From NCBI GenBank assembly GCA_028023455.1, contig JAQFVV010000004.1, positions 6,262,001 through 6,326,000 on the forward strand: DNA of 64,000 bases, in the 5' to 3' direction. Shown piece after piece: positions 25,101 to 37,100 of this stretch; within the stretch, counting starts at the first letter, position 1; each line of letters begins with the position of its first letter. A model generated the notes under the pieces. The model ran no database searches, was not told the DNA's origin, and saw nothing but the letters and a program-made list of their open reading frames with translations. Source of the stretch: Epiperipatus broadwayi (Eukaryota; Animalia; Onychophora). The translations under genes and the position numbers were made by a program.

Positions 25101-28100
25101 GCTGCCACTTTTTATTATTCTCCGTAATGTTATTTAACTTAAAAAATTTTTCTAGTTGAGCGACATATAGCGGCCATTCTCCCGCATTCCCAATGTCAAA
25201 CTCCAAGATGCTTCCTTGTCCTAATGACATCTTAAATTGTCCTTCCAAACTTTTGAATTAAATCATTAACTCTGTAGATTCAAAATTTCACAGCGACTGC
25301 ACCAAAAGATTGTCGTATATTAAAAAAAAAACTTCACTCCATTTTAGAATTTACAACAATACACCTGGGTCTCGATTTATGCGGATTATTTTAATGCGAT
25401 TCATGTTTCTTCTTAATATCTTTCATATTTCACTATATTTATTAGATATCAAAAAATTTAAATTATTAATAACTTATTTTCACTTGAAATACTTTTTTTT
25501 TCAAAAATATAACGTTATATTAGCAGCTAACGTGAATATGGCCTGAAGCTGTATGTAAATAACCTGTTTATACTAATGAGTAAATAATAATAATAGATTT
25601 ATACTTACATATAAAAATATCGCAATAAATATTCAAAAAAATTAAACTTTTAAAATGTATATTTTGTTATATATAACAGAAATAAATAATCTTTTAGATT
25701 TTTAAAATAAAAAACGAAGATTTTATACACTGAAAATAATCTTTCTAATGATAATGTATAATCATTTTGTTTTGATTTCGATCTCATTTTTTTAATATAG
25801 AAACAGAAAACCATTAACACAGCATAAGACTGAACGTGGTGCTAATTGTACATCACATCATGAATAAAAATAAAGTGGCTAACAGGTTTCTCTGGGCATA
25901 ATTGCTGAGAGATTCTTAACTTCGTTTAAGGAGAAGCTACAATACATCACATCACATCGAATCTGATTTCTTACCAGTTTACAAACGAACGCTAGCGGTA
26001 ATGATTAAAATATACATGAAAAATTAAATATTGTAGTTAATAAAAAAAAGTAAAATAAGTTTGTCTTGTATTAATTTTTTTCAAATATTTGAAATTTTTT
26101 ATTAGTCATACTTTATTTGCTTATTTTTTTAATGTGAATTTTAAAGTAATTTTTCTTTGTTGCTTTGCTTTTATGCGAATTCTGAAAATTACAGACCCTA
26201 TCCCCCATTTTTCAAGGTAAGTTAAGTCTATTTTTGTATGATTTTTTTTAATGCAGGTTTTCTGTGGAACCTATCTACCGCATAAAACGAAACCCAGGTG
26301 TATATAGATTTATTCAAAAATTAAAATATTCCAAGTACACGCTACTTTTAAATGGATTACACTACACATTATATATATATATATTAAAAAAAGTCTTATT
26401 ATTTGCTGTGTGATGTGTCTTCACACTTTGATGGATTTACATGTTCATTGGCTCAATTCTCTCATTACTCCAATGGTCCATTCTTCTGTATTTCAATCAA
26501 TCAATGCGTCCTCACAATTTCTCTATGGTCTGGCTTGTTATCAATTTCTCTACCCGTAATCCTTTGTCTTCCATAATCCATTTTACATATGTTCATTCCG
26601 CCATTTTAACAAATAAATTATGTGTCCGTAATTTCACTTCTGAAATATTTGTTTTTCTTTTACCAATCATTTCAGAACCAATGAAAATTCTTTTACTAAT
26701 GCGGATTAGTAATCAAAAGCAAATGGTTATACCATTAATGAGGCTATTATTTGTGAAAAAAGCTAAGCAATATAAGTGCAGTTTTTGTGAAAAAGTTTAT
26801 TATCTGCAAAATATGTTTCACTGGATTCAGAAAAAGAATTAAATTGTCTAATGTTATATGGTATGGTGAGATTGCTAGCACAGAACTGTTGCTGAATATT
26901 TTCTAACAAAAAAAGCTGAATTTTTATAATTAACAATCTGTGAATTTTTATTAAGATATGTAAGTTTGTTATTGCCTTTATGTTAGACTTCTAAAATTTG
27001 AATTTCAGTTATCAAACGATGTAATATATATAACAATTAATTATCTGAGATTTTATATCATTTTTTCAGTTCAAATGTTGTTGGACAGTAACTCTGGTCT
27101 TGGCTATAGGTCTGAAACAGATTACCTCTAAATAAAGGCATTTCAGTATAAACTATAAAGAATGCTCTTCTGAGACCAATAAATGCGTTATACCAGATGC
27201 AAGTGTAACTAATAATGTTTTAAACCACTAAACATTACATGATCACCATCTCTTATGCTAGCACATAACTGTTATTAAACAGGAAAAACTCTCCATACAG
27301 TAGTTCCACCCTGTGCCAAACAGAGTAATCAAACCTCTGGCATTCATTGATTACTCTGGTTGGCACTACTGTATGGAGAGTTTTGCCTGTTTAATAATGT
27401 TTTCTCAAATTTCATATGTTATTAGTTTTAATTTCTAATTTATAAGAACAATTATTTACATTATTACATTTACTGCATTACTAATCATGTAAATTGTATT
27501 AATTACTAATCATGTAAATTGTATTAATTTTGAAAAATTAATCAACTTACCTCTTTATCAGATTTCATACTGTCAGTTACTATGCCTTCTCTCATTGAAT
27601 TCTTTGTTCTACCTTCACAAGGTATATCACCATTTTGAATATCAAGTCCTTCTTCTTCCCAGCGTGAATAGATAAATAAGGTGGAGAGGTATAGGGGTGC
27701 ATTCTGAGGATTGCGTAATCTCACATGGCGATAGCCTGAGGGAATAAGAGCATATAATTATGATAAAAATTATTTAAAAAACAACATTACATTAAGAAAT
27801 TGTATTAATTTTTCTTTCTCTAAAATGCAATTCATTTATACCCCTTATTATTACATTTCACTCTACAATTACCGAAACAACACTGCCACATTCTCTTTGC
27901 TTCTGCCATCCCATTTTAATTAAAACTGAAAGCAAAAAGTTACTAACACTTTCATAAAAAAATTAGCAAAAATAAGCACACTGTCTTCTAAATTACTATT
28001 GAATTTAAATATTTATTTTTATTAGTTTAATAGAGAGACAAAAAAAAAGACTGTATGCTTTAAATATAAAACTACGTATTAATATTTTATATACTGATTG

Positions 28101-31100
28101 AGATATATATTTGATAAAGAAAAATGACACTTTCTTCACTTATGGTAACGGCTACATTATATTACAATGAATGCTATAAATCAGTCTTCAGCAGCCAAAC
28201 AAACTCAGTTACAGTTAACAAAAGTACCATACAGATCAAATCTTTATTTAGGTAACGTTTGAAACAATAAACCAAACCAATTACAATTAGCTTTGTGTTT
28301 TACGATCAGTGCATTGACTCTCATTTAATCAATACAGATTATATAGAGACTTCAAATAAGAATAATTAAATCTCATTTTCCAACCAAACAGAGTGACTGA
28401 CTATATGACCAATTATTTAAACAGACCCTAGGTTTATTTGAAAATCTAAAAATTTTCCAAGCTCCATATGGATTTGAATCCTAGGCAGATAAATTTTTGC
28501 TTTAATGACAATTAAGGGTAACCAATTATTATTTAGACAATAAAAAAAAATTTTTTTTAAAGTAATTATGTTATGACTTAAATAATCTAACTGATAATGT
28601 TATTTCATTGAATTAATAGTAATAGTATTTGTGAAATTCATAATAAAGATTATGATTCAAATTGTTCCATCAACACGGCATACTGATAGAAGTATGACAT
28701 TGATTGTCGATAACTGCTTCAAAATAGTTTGCTTTTATTGTAAGAATGATTTATTTAGTCAAAGTTACAGAAAAACAGACTGAAATTCTTAGCCACTTTC
28801 TTTCATTTTACCATATTGTCCAAATAACTCTTGCATTTTCAATATTTCAATGACTTTTTTTAATACTGTGAAATATGGATAACTTTCATTTGACATCTTC
28901 ATGATGGCAAACAATTTCTAATATCATATGGATAACTTAAGCAGTTCGTACGATATTCAGAGCAAAAACTCACTTTGAATTATTTAAGCCACATTAGCCT
29001 TTTCATTTTATGTAGTTTCTTTTTAAATTAAAAATTAAAACAAAAAAAATAATTTTCTAGTAAATTATTTGCAAAATATCAGTTTTTATAATATGTCTTT
29101 TTGACAAAAATAAGAAGTCAGTCACAAACTTTTTTTACCTGGCCTGAGGCACTTCAGAGGCATTATTCTTTGGGCAGTTATATGATTACTACCCATGTCT
29201 GTCACAGCGAAGCGCAAGAAGGCCAAATCACTAAACATGACCTGCGGAATAAAAAATGAACAAAATAAAACAGCAAAAGTAAGCATAGTTGTAATCTAAT
29301 AACACAAAATACAAACTAAAAAATACCAACTGAATCTTAAATCATTAAATTCCTTTTTTCTATTTTTAAACAAACATTCTCTTCATGTTTATAAAAATAT
29401 AAATTACTATCATTAAAAAAACAATTAAAATAAAATCAAGTTCTTACCTTGAAGTTAAAAGTGTCATTCCAGATTGGATTGAGAGCATTGCGTTGAAGAA
29501 GTTTGCTCTTTTGTCGATTACAATCCACGGGAATGCCAATAATCTCCACCTCCACTAGTGGGCTCCCACTGTGGTTGGATTGACATACATACTGCCCAGA
29601 TATCAACTGTTAGCAATAATACAACAATATTGAATATTTAACAGGTAGAGATAACAACTATTTAATGTTTTCAAGTGTCATAGCATTGGCCGGGACGCAA
29701 ACCCGCAACCCGGGCAACTGCTTGTAAGGCAGTCGCGCCGACCGCTCGACCACCAATGCAAGACAACTATTTAATTTTATGTAGTTTTTTTTTTACATAT
29801 GTAAAATTAATCACAAATTTTTTATGTCTAAGAAATAAATGTAATATTAAAATATTCAACCTGTTTTTTAAAAAACAATATTAATAACAAATTTTATCTT
29901 TTACAAAGTAAAAAATAAAACATAATCAGGAATTATAAACTTACAGTTATTGAGAGATTGATGCAATGTAGGCCATCAAATTCTTTATCCCAAGGATTGA
30001 AGCGATTATACATCATGTGAGTTTTATCCCACATCACGCTAGGTTTTAAAACATATCCGCAATGACCATTTTGTTCAAACATAGCAGCATTGATGTGCAG
30101 TTGTAAATCTAATAAAACAAATAATAACAACATAGAAGAATAGAATAATACTTTTAAAAGTGAAATCACAAAGTATATATTCTATTAATCTAATTTTTTT
30201 TAATGTATGTGTTTTTAAATATTAATTTTAATGAATTAAAATATAAATTTAATAAGTTATATATTGTTATAGTCAGAAATTTAAACAAATTATTTTTAAT
30301 GATAATATTCAACAACTCTCTCTACATTTATGTTTCTTCATTCTATTACTCATAAGAAAATGTCTTGTTCGATTTATGACTGCCAAAGTTTACAAACCTC
30401 ATTTCAGTCTATGTTCAGAATGAAATAAACATTATAAAATTAAATAGATTCTTTTATTTTTTATATTAATAGCAGTAAAATCAATTTATAAATTTATTTC
30501 AAAAAGGTTTTGAAATTTTAATGAAACAAGTTTCACCTTCAGGAGAAATCTTCATTTTTTCCATGGATATACAATTATGATGTATCAAGTACAATGGTTT
30601 TAAATAATTTAAAACAATTATTATACATTCACATATCATAGCTTATCAACACACACGTGTATATAGAATTAAAAATAAATAAACATATATTTTAAAAATG
30701 GTTATTTATTTTATACACTCTAATAACATGATCTATATTTTTCATATTCTCCTTCTCACATGGATATAAATTAGTTAACAAATATATACATAAAAGTATT
30801 AATGTAAAACAATTTTATGTTAACCTGACATGCAATGTTGTATTAGTAGACAAGTATTTAATGTAATCATTATATGGAGAATCACATTTGCTTTTCTCTT
30901 TGCATTCTGATTTTTTTTTAAAAAAATATTATAATTATATAAATGTAAATAATTTTATACAATCATTCTTTTTAGTAGACTTCATTTTTAAAAATAAATA
31001 ATATCTTTTGTATTTCTCCTTTTAGTTTAATGAAATTATCTCTAGGATTACATCTATATATTTCAAATAATTTATTTATTCATTCAATGTATGAATTTTT

Positions 31101-34100
31101 TTTTAGTTAGCTAATTGCAAACATTGCAAAAAAAAACTGTACAGATTCCAATTAGGAGATAGATCAATTATAGCTTTAATTCTGCCAATTTCATGCATAA
31201 ATGTGGCAGTCGTTATTTATGCAATTCATGGCTTATATTTAGTCACAACTAACAAATCAAAAGCTGTTAAATTTTATTTCTAAATATGTTAATAAGATCC
31301 CAATAACATCTTTAAAAACTGTTAGACAAAGTAAAAATCTAAAAAAAAAAAAAGATCTTGATTTGAGATATGTTTTAGATGACAAACCAAACCATGAGTT
31401 AGTACCAAATCATTATTCTTTGTACATTTTCTAATAATTTGAATATTGGTCTTCCAGTTCCAGTATTTATCTCTTTCTTAAATTTTTTTTATTTTTTCCT
31501 ATATAAGATACACTAAATTTCAAAAGATATTTAAATTTATAAACTATATTTGTTTTACTAATATTTTATTTAAAAAATAAATGTGAGGTGATTACTAAGT
31601 GTTTTATATGTTATAACTGTCATTTTTAAACTTGTATGTGTAAAATATGCTTAGCAACTGTCTTTTAAAAGCTGGCCTACTATGATTGACGTAAAGTAGT
31701 AATAAAAATTTTATCTTTCAACAGACATTTTATCTAATTTCATAGTTTGCCTTTGTAAAACATTTCTGATCAATTGCTTTGACAAACTATATAATATTTC
31801 TAGCCTTCTCATTATTATTATTTCTACTTTTTAATTTTTATATTACATGCTATAATACTAATTCTATAATGTTTTTTTATATTCCAATGAAGAATTTAAT
31901 TCAAAATGAATACAAAATCTTTTATTAATGAAAGATGTGATATGTTGGACTATTTCCACCATTTATAAGTGAATGTTGAATGTATAGAAAATTTTAAACT
32001 TTATTTAAACTTTTCAAATACAAACAACTTGTTAGTAATAACACACAAATAGACAATACAGGTTAGTAATTACACGTTTCAAGTAGTATTATTCTCCACT
32101 CAAAACGTTGTGTAATTACTAACCTGTATTGTCTATTTGTGTGTTATTACTAACAAGTTGTTTGTATTTGGAAAGTTTAAATAAAGTTTAAAATTGTCTA
32201 TACATTCAACATTCACTCATTATTCAAACCATGACATCTCTTCACTTTTGTTATATAAGCATTATCCTTCCTTCTGATAATTTTTTATTTATATTTTAGA
32301 AGTCTATTATTATTAAGTGCAATAAAGATTTATTAACCACGCCATACTAATTTTATGATATATGGTTTTTTTTAAAAAAAAAAATCCCAATTTTATTCTG
32401 CCAGTGTTAATTTTGCCAATTCCTCCATCACTTTTTTAGAATTCAAAAACTTTATAAGTGGTAAAAATTTATTGGAAAAAAAAAAAGTCTGATTTTCTGA
32501 TCCAAATGATGTACTTTTATAGTGACAAATAATGTTCTAATTTTGTATCATTTGCTCATCAAAGTGTGCTCTTTAATTTACATTCATATCTTCTTAAAAC
32601 AAAGTTCTTCATAGGTCATTAACACATTTTCTAATGATCTGCAGTATTCATCCTTGATTATGATAATCCATTTTCTACCTTTTCTGATTTTACATATGAC
32701 ATTTTTAAAAATTTACTTTAAACTTTTTATAATTACAGGCCCTTATTTCTTACATTATTTTCACAATAATGAACAAAATATATGTTTTTTAAATTATTTT
32801 TACAGCGTATGGTTTAATGAATTAAATTTTGATTTGATGTATTATATATATACACACAATCACACTATTGTTAATTACTAGATCATATAATTTAGATTTA
32901 TTATCTATTTCCATTTTAATTTTAACGTTCATATCTTAAAAGTTGTATTTACTAAGGCTGTAAACCTTCTTCCAAAGTGTAAGCTTGTGGTTAAGACCTG
33001 TAGAGGTCCCTACCTTCACATTTTCACACGCATATTCTTGAGGTTTACAGCCTTAGAAAATATTACTTACTTAATCAATGTGCGCTCAAATAAATTTATA
33101 ATTACAATCTTAAGAGTTGGTAAAAGCTTTAATATATATATATATTTTAATGATTATTGTTTTAGAAGTACGATTTCAGATGGAGTAGTCAAAATGTACC
33201 ACAAAAAGACAAGCATAGAAAAAGAAAAAGGCTATCTATATGCATATAATACATGAACTGCTATTAAAAAAAGTGAATTATAATTACTCTGCTTTTTTTT
33301 TTATATAAAATATTTCTTTTCATTTTAAAATTCAATTGTAGATTTCTGATAGGTGACAAATGTTATTATTTTTTTATATTAACATTTAGTTATTATTTTT
33401 ATCTTAATAGTTTTATTTATTTTTACTATTATATTTTTTCATGTACTTATATAATTTTTAACTACTATAAATATATTATCTATGTTTAAGGTTGTAAACA
33501 TATCTTTAAAATTAATTATGTAATTCTAAATATTGATGTGCTAGAATAAATTGTTTAAGAGTGTGGCTATAGATCAAGAACTTAGTACATATATATAAAA
33601 TTAAAAAACATATAATTACTAATACTAGCCAGACTATTAAAACCTACCTTATTATGATTTCATTTATATTCAAGTTTTGATCATTTAATTTCTGGAATGC
33701 ACCTTCATAAAATAAATGTGTGGAAATGTACACTAGTGGCTACTGTCACCTTCAAAGTAGTCCTCTTGTGCATCTATACACTGATTAAAATAGCATTCCC
33801 ATTTCTGGAAGCACATCTGGAACTCATTTTCATGAATATTGTTGAAAAGTTGTCTCACATTCTTTTGGATATCAGTTATAGTAGATAATCTACACCTTTT
33901 CAGTATAGTTTCCAATTTTGGAAATAACCAAAAATCACAGAAAGCTAAGTCAGGTGAATAGGCAGGATGGTCTAGTTATGTAATTGATTTTTTTGTCCAA
34001 AAAGTCTCTCACAATGAGCACATTATCTTATAGCTCTATCAGCTTAAAATTTACATGTGTTAGCTTAAACATGTTCAAACATGATTATTAAATATTCATG

Positions 34101-37100
34101 CGATTTTGATACAATTAGGTCATGAGTAAATATCACATGGCCATTCTGGGAATTAAATTCTCACACCTTGTACAGAGATAGTTTCAAATGTAAATACAGC
34201 AAACATTTCTCAAGTATATTTCCAAACTACTCAGAATTTAAATCTCCCCCCCCCCCCATTTACCTTTTAAATTGAATAAAGATTTCATCAAATTCTTTTG
34301 AATTCTTCTCATCTCATTATTCTTGAACAATACAAACTTACCTGATAAAACAATATTTGATGATCATATCATATTCATTAATATACAAAAGCTGAATTAA
34401 AATATTTCTTTTATGAATTTTAAGTCTACCTTCATATAGCTACCCAGAATTTTATAAGCAATTTCAGGAATATTTTTGCTATCAATTTTCTTTTTTATGA
34501 TATTTAATAAAAAATTTACAGGCCTGAAAGATAACATAATAAATTCACAAATGAATTATTCCTCATTTCATTATTTGAATTAGCAATTGCAACGTCTGAC
34601 TAAATAATTGCTGTCAGGGTTACTGTATGTGGGTATGCAGGACACAAAGGCATTTCATCATTGGATGCCAAGATACATCAGAATAACTAATAAAATTTAC
34701 ATTGAATAAAAATATTTACATTTTGGAATCACTTCATTGTTAGAAATACATTTTAAGAGTAAATATTTTTTTATTTAAATGTGAGAAATTTCTCTACGAG
34801 TTTTGAGGCCCAAGTTTGAAATATACTACATATATATTCTTATCATTACGCTAAACTGAACAGGCCAACACCATTTAGTTACAATAATAAAACTTAAACA
34901 CTTATTTTAAAAATATTGCCTCATAATTACAGTAATTTTGCATGTGATGAAATTATATTTATCGATAATACTTTGCAGAATTTAAATGTCTTATCAGTTT
35001 AGAGTACTGGTAGAGTCATCAACTTTGGAATGTGAGGTCTTAGGTTCAATTCCAGTGCTGTTTTATGCAAAACTTTTTTAATAACAATGTTATCTTTCTC
35101 TCTTTTTTTATTATGCCATATTATCTTTTTTATATATTTCACTAACTAGCTTTTCCTATTTTTAATAATATTATCTTTTTTTATATGCATTATTATATTT
35201 TAACATGTTTTACTAAGCTGGTTTTGATTGGGCGTGGACTTGGGTTTGTTCTCTGACTAAAAACTTGTAACTGATCCATAATCCACACTACAGTCCAAAT
35301 TTAAGAAAAACAGAACGAATAAAAAATATAATTTTTAAAAAGATATTATTGCACGCCGAAATATTTAACTCTTAACAAATTTTATGGTAACAATATTATT
35401 TAATGCAAACCTCTACATGATTGCTCTTAAAATGTATCTAGTGGAACAAACCAAGGGTTTGATTTTTTTCAGTTATCCAACATAACTTGTGAATAAACAA
35501 AATAAAGAGCAAGACATTTTAATTGCTTCTAAAAATGTATTGAATAAACAATCTATGTATAAAAATTTAAAATTTCTTCCTTAAATAAATCCTGGCTAAA
35601 TCCCTAAATGTCAAACTATATAATAAAGTATAATATATATAATAGGACTTAGTTATTAATAAATATTGAAAAATAAAATATTTTATTATTGAATGAAAAC
35701 AAGTGAAACTATTTTTGTTAAGAGAAAATGTATACAAGTTATGTGTAGGAGAGGTTCTGAATTAAAAATAATTAATGGATTTTTAAAATAAATAACTTTT
35801 TAGCAAAAAAGTACTAATGGAATGTATGAAATTACATCAGTCATATTATTTAAAATTTACCTAGTTTGATCCTAATGAAATATAAAAGTTATAAAACAGT
35901 GTAAGTATAAAAATTTAAAATATCAGGCTATATATATATAATAATAATATATTATAGCTATAATACTGGTATAACACCATATAAAAAGTTAAATAATAGT
36001 GTGAATATTTTATTATAGAAGGAATACAACTTTGTTAATAGAAAATATGAATAAGTTTATGCAAGAGATTTTGCATGAGTTTTAAAACAAACAAGAACTA
36101 TTTTTAATGAATTATTGACCCACTGGTTAAAATTGATCTAAATATTGATTCAGAAAAAATAACGGAGACAAGCCAGACTCTCTTTTCTCCTCATTATGGG
36201 GAATGGAGCTCAGAAGTGAAGCATTCCAAAGAACTATACTCTGGCTATAAATACTTTTAATAACCAGATAAGTAAACTAGACTTTTATAATATCAGAGTC
36301 CTGAGAAGGGGAGGAGAGTAGTGCAATATTTTCATAGGTGTGTGTGGTGGTTTTTTTAAATATAATAAAAACACTTAGATATTTAAAAAAATATCTTATT
36401 TGCAGATGTTTCCTGTCTAATTTTGTAGGATTCTCCAAAAAATAATATGAAAATTTTTGAAAAAATAAATAAATTCAAATTTACTAAATAAATATTTTTG
36501 TTTTAAAGTATAATTTAATTATTGTTTCAAAAATTATTTTTTTAAACATTAATTTGTTTTATTTTAGCATGTGTTTTATTTTCCACTTATTTTATGGATA
36601 AAATGACTAAAGCCATAGTTTCAAGTTTTTCTTGCAAAAGTGCTGGGAAAAAATGTCTCTTAATTTACAAATTTTATTTCATAGAAGTGGGGGAAGAGAG
36701 GCTAAAATTTACCTTGCACAAAGGCACTTCTTAACACATGGTGGAGCTGATTGATGTATATATTTGTAAAGTGTTGTAAATAAAATTTATATGTTTGTAT
36801 TTATACATATTAGTCAAATAGGAAATTAATAAAAATGTCAATAAAATAATCTAAAAAATTAACATATGCAGTTATGCCAAATATTAAAATGTATTCTAAT
36901 TTGCAAATCTAGACTAATTATGCTGATAATATGAACTACAAATAACAACTGCAACTTATGGGCAGAAAATAAAAAACCTTAGGAGTAGTCGTCATGGAAT
37001 ACGACTGGAACAAATCAAAAATTGTAAAGAGTTTGTGAACTTTATATACAAAAATGCATTAATGTTAGAACAACAAGCAAGCAGCTAGTTGTAATTATTT

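Larger units (their letters stand above)
19219..26674 (-). mobile_element. Decayed full-length Ty3/Gypsy LTR retrotransposon carrying three nested insertions
   Basis: LTRs 19219-19630 and 25311-26674 (interrupted), TG..CA ends, 5-bp TSD GAACC. PBS-like tggtgcagt near 25300; PPT gagggaaggaag. Order gag (CYNCGRNGH), protease (IDSGS), RT (HYDDIL), RNase H, integrase ([13 protein letters not shown]). Confidence 0.93.

Noticed and set aside
19335-26842. Many short hydrophobic ORFs in the ORF track (for example 19421, 19680, 22772, 23067, 26441, 43956)
   Set aside because: They are antisense shadows of retroelement ORFs or LTR sequence, not genes.
26690-26842. C2H2-like [11 protein letters not shown]
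   Set aside because: It is a single incomplete finger with no His pair and no supporting exon structure.
29683-29759. Functional tRNA-Val(TAC) gene
   Set aside because: B box and T arm are aberrant, there is no oligo-T terminator, and the TSD indicates retroposition.
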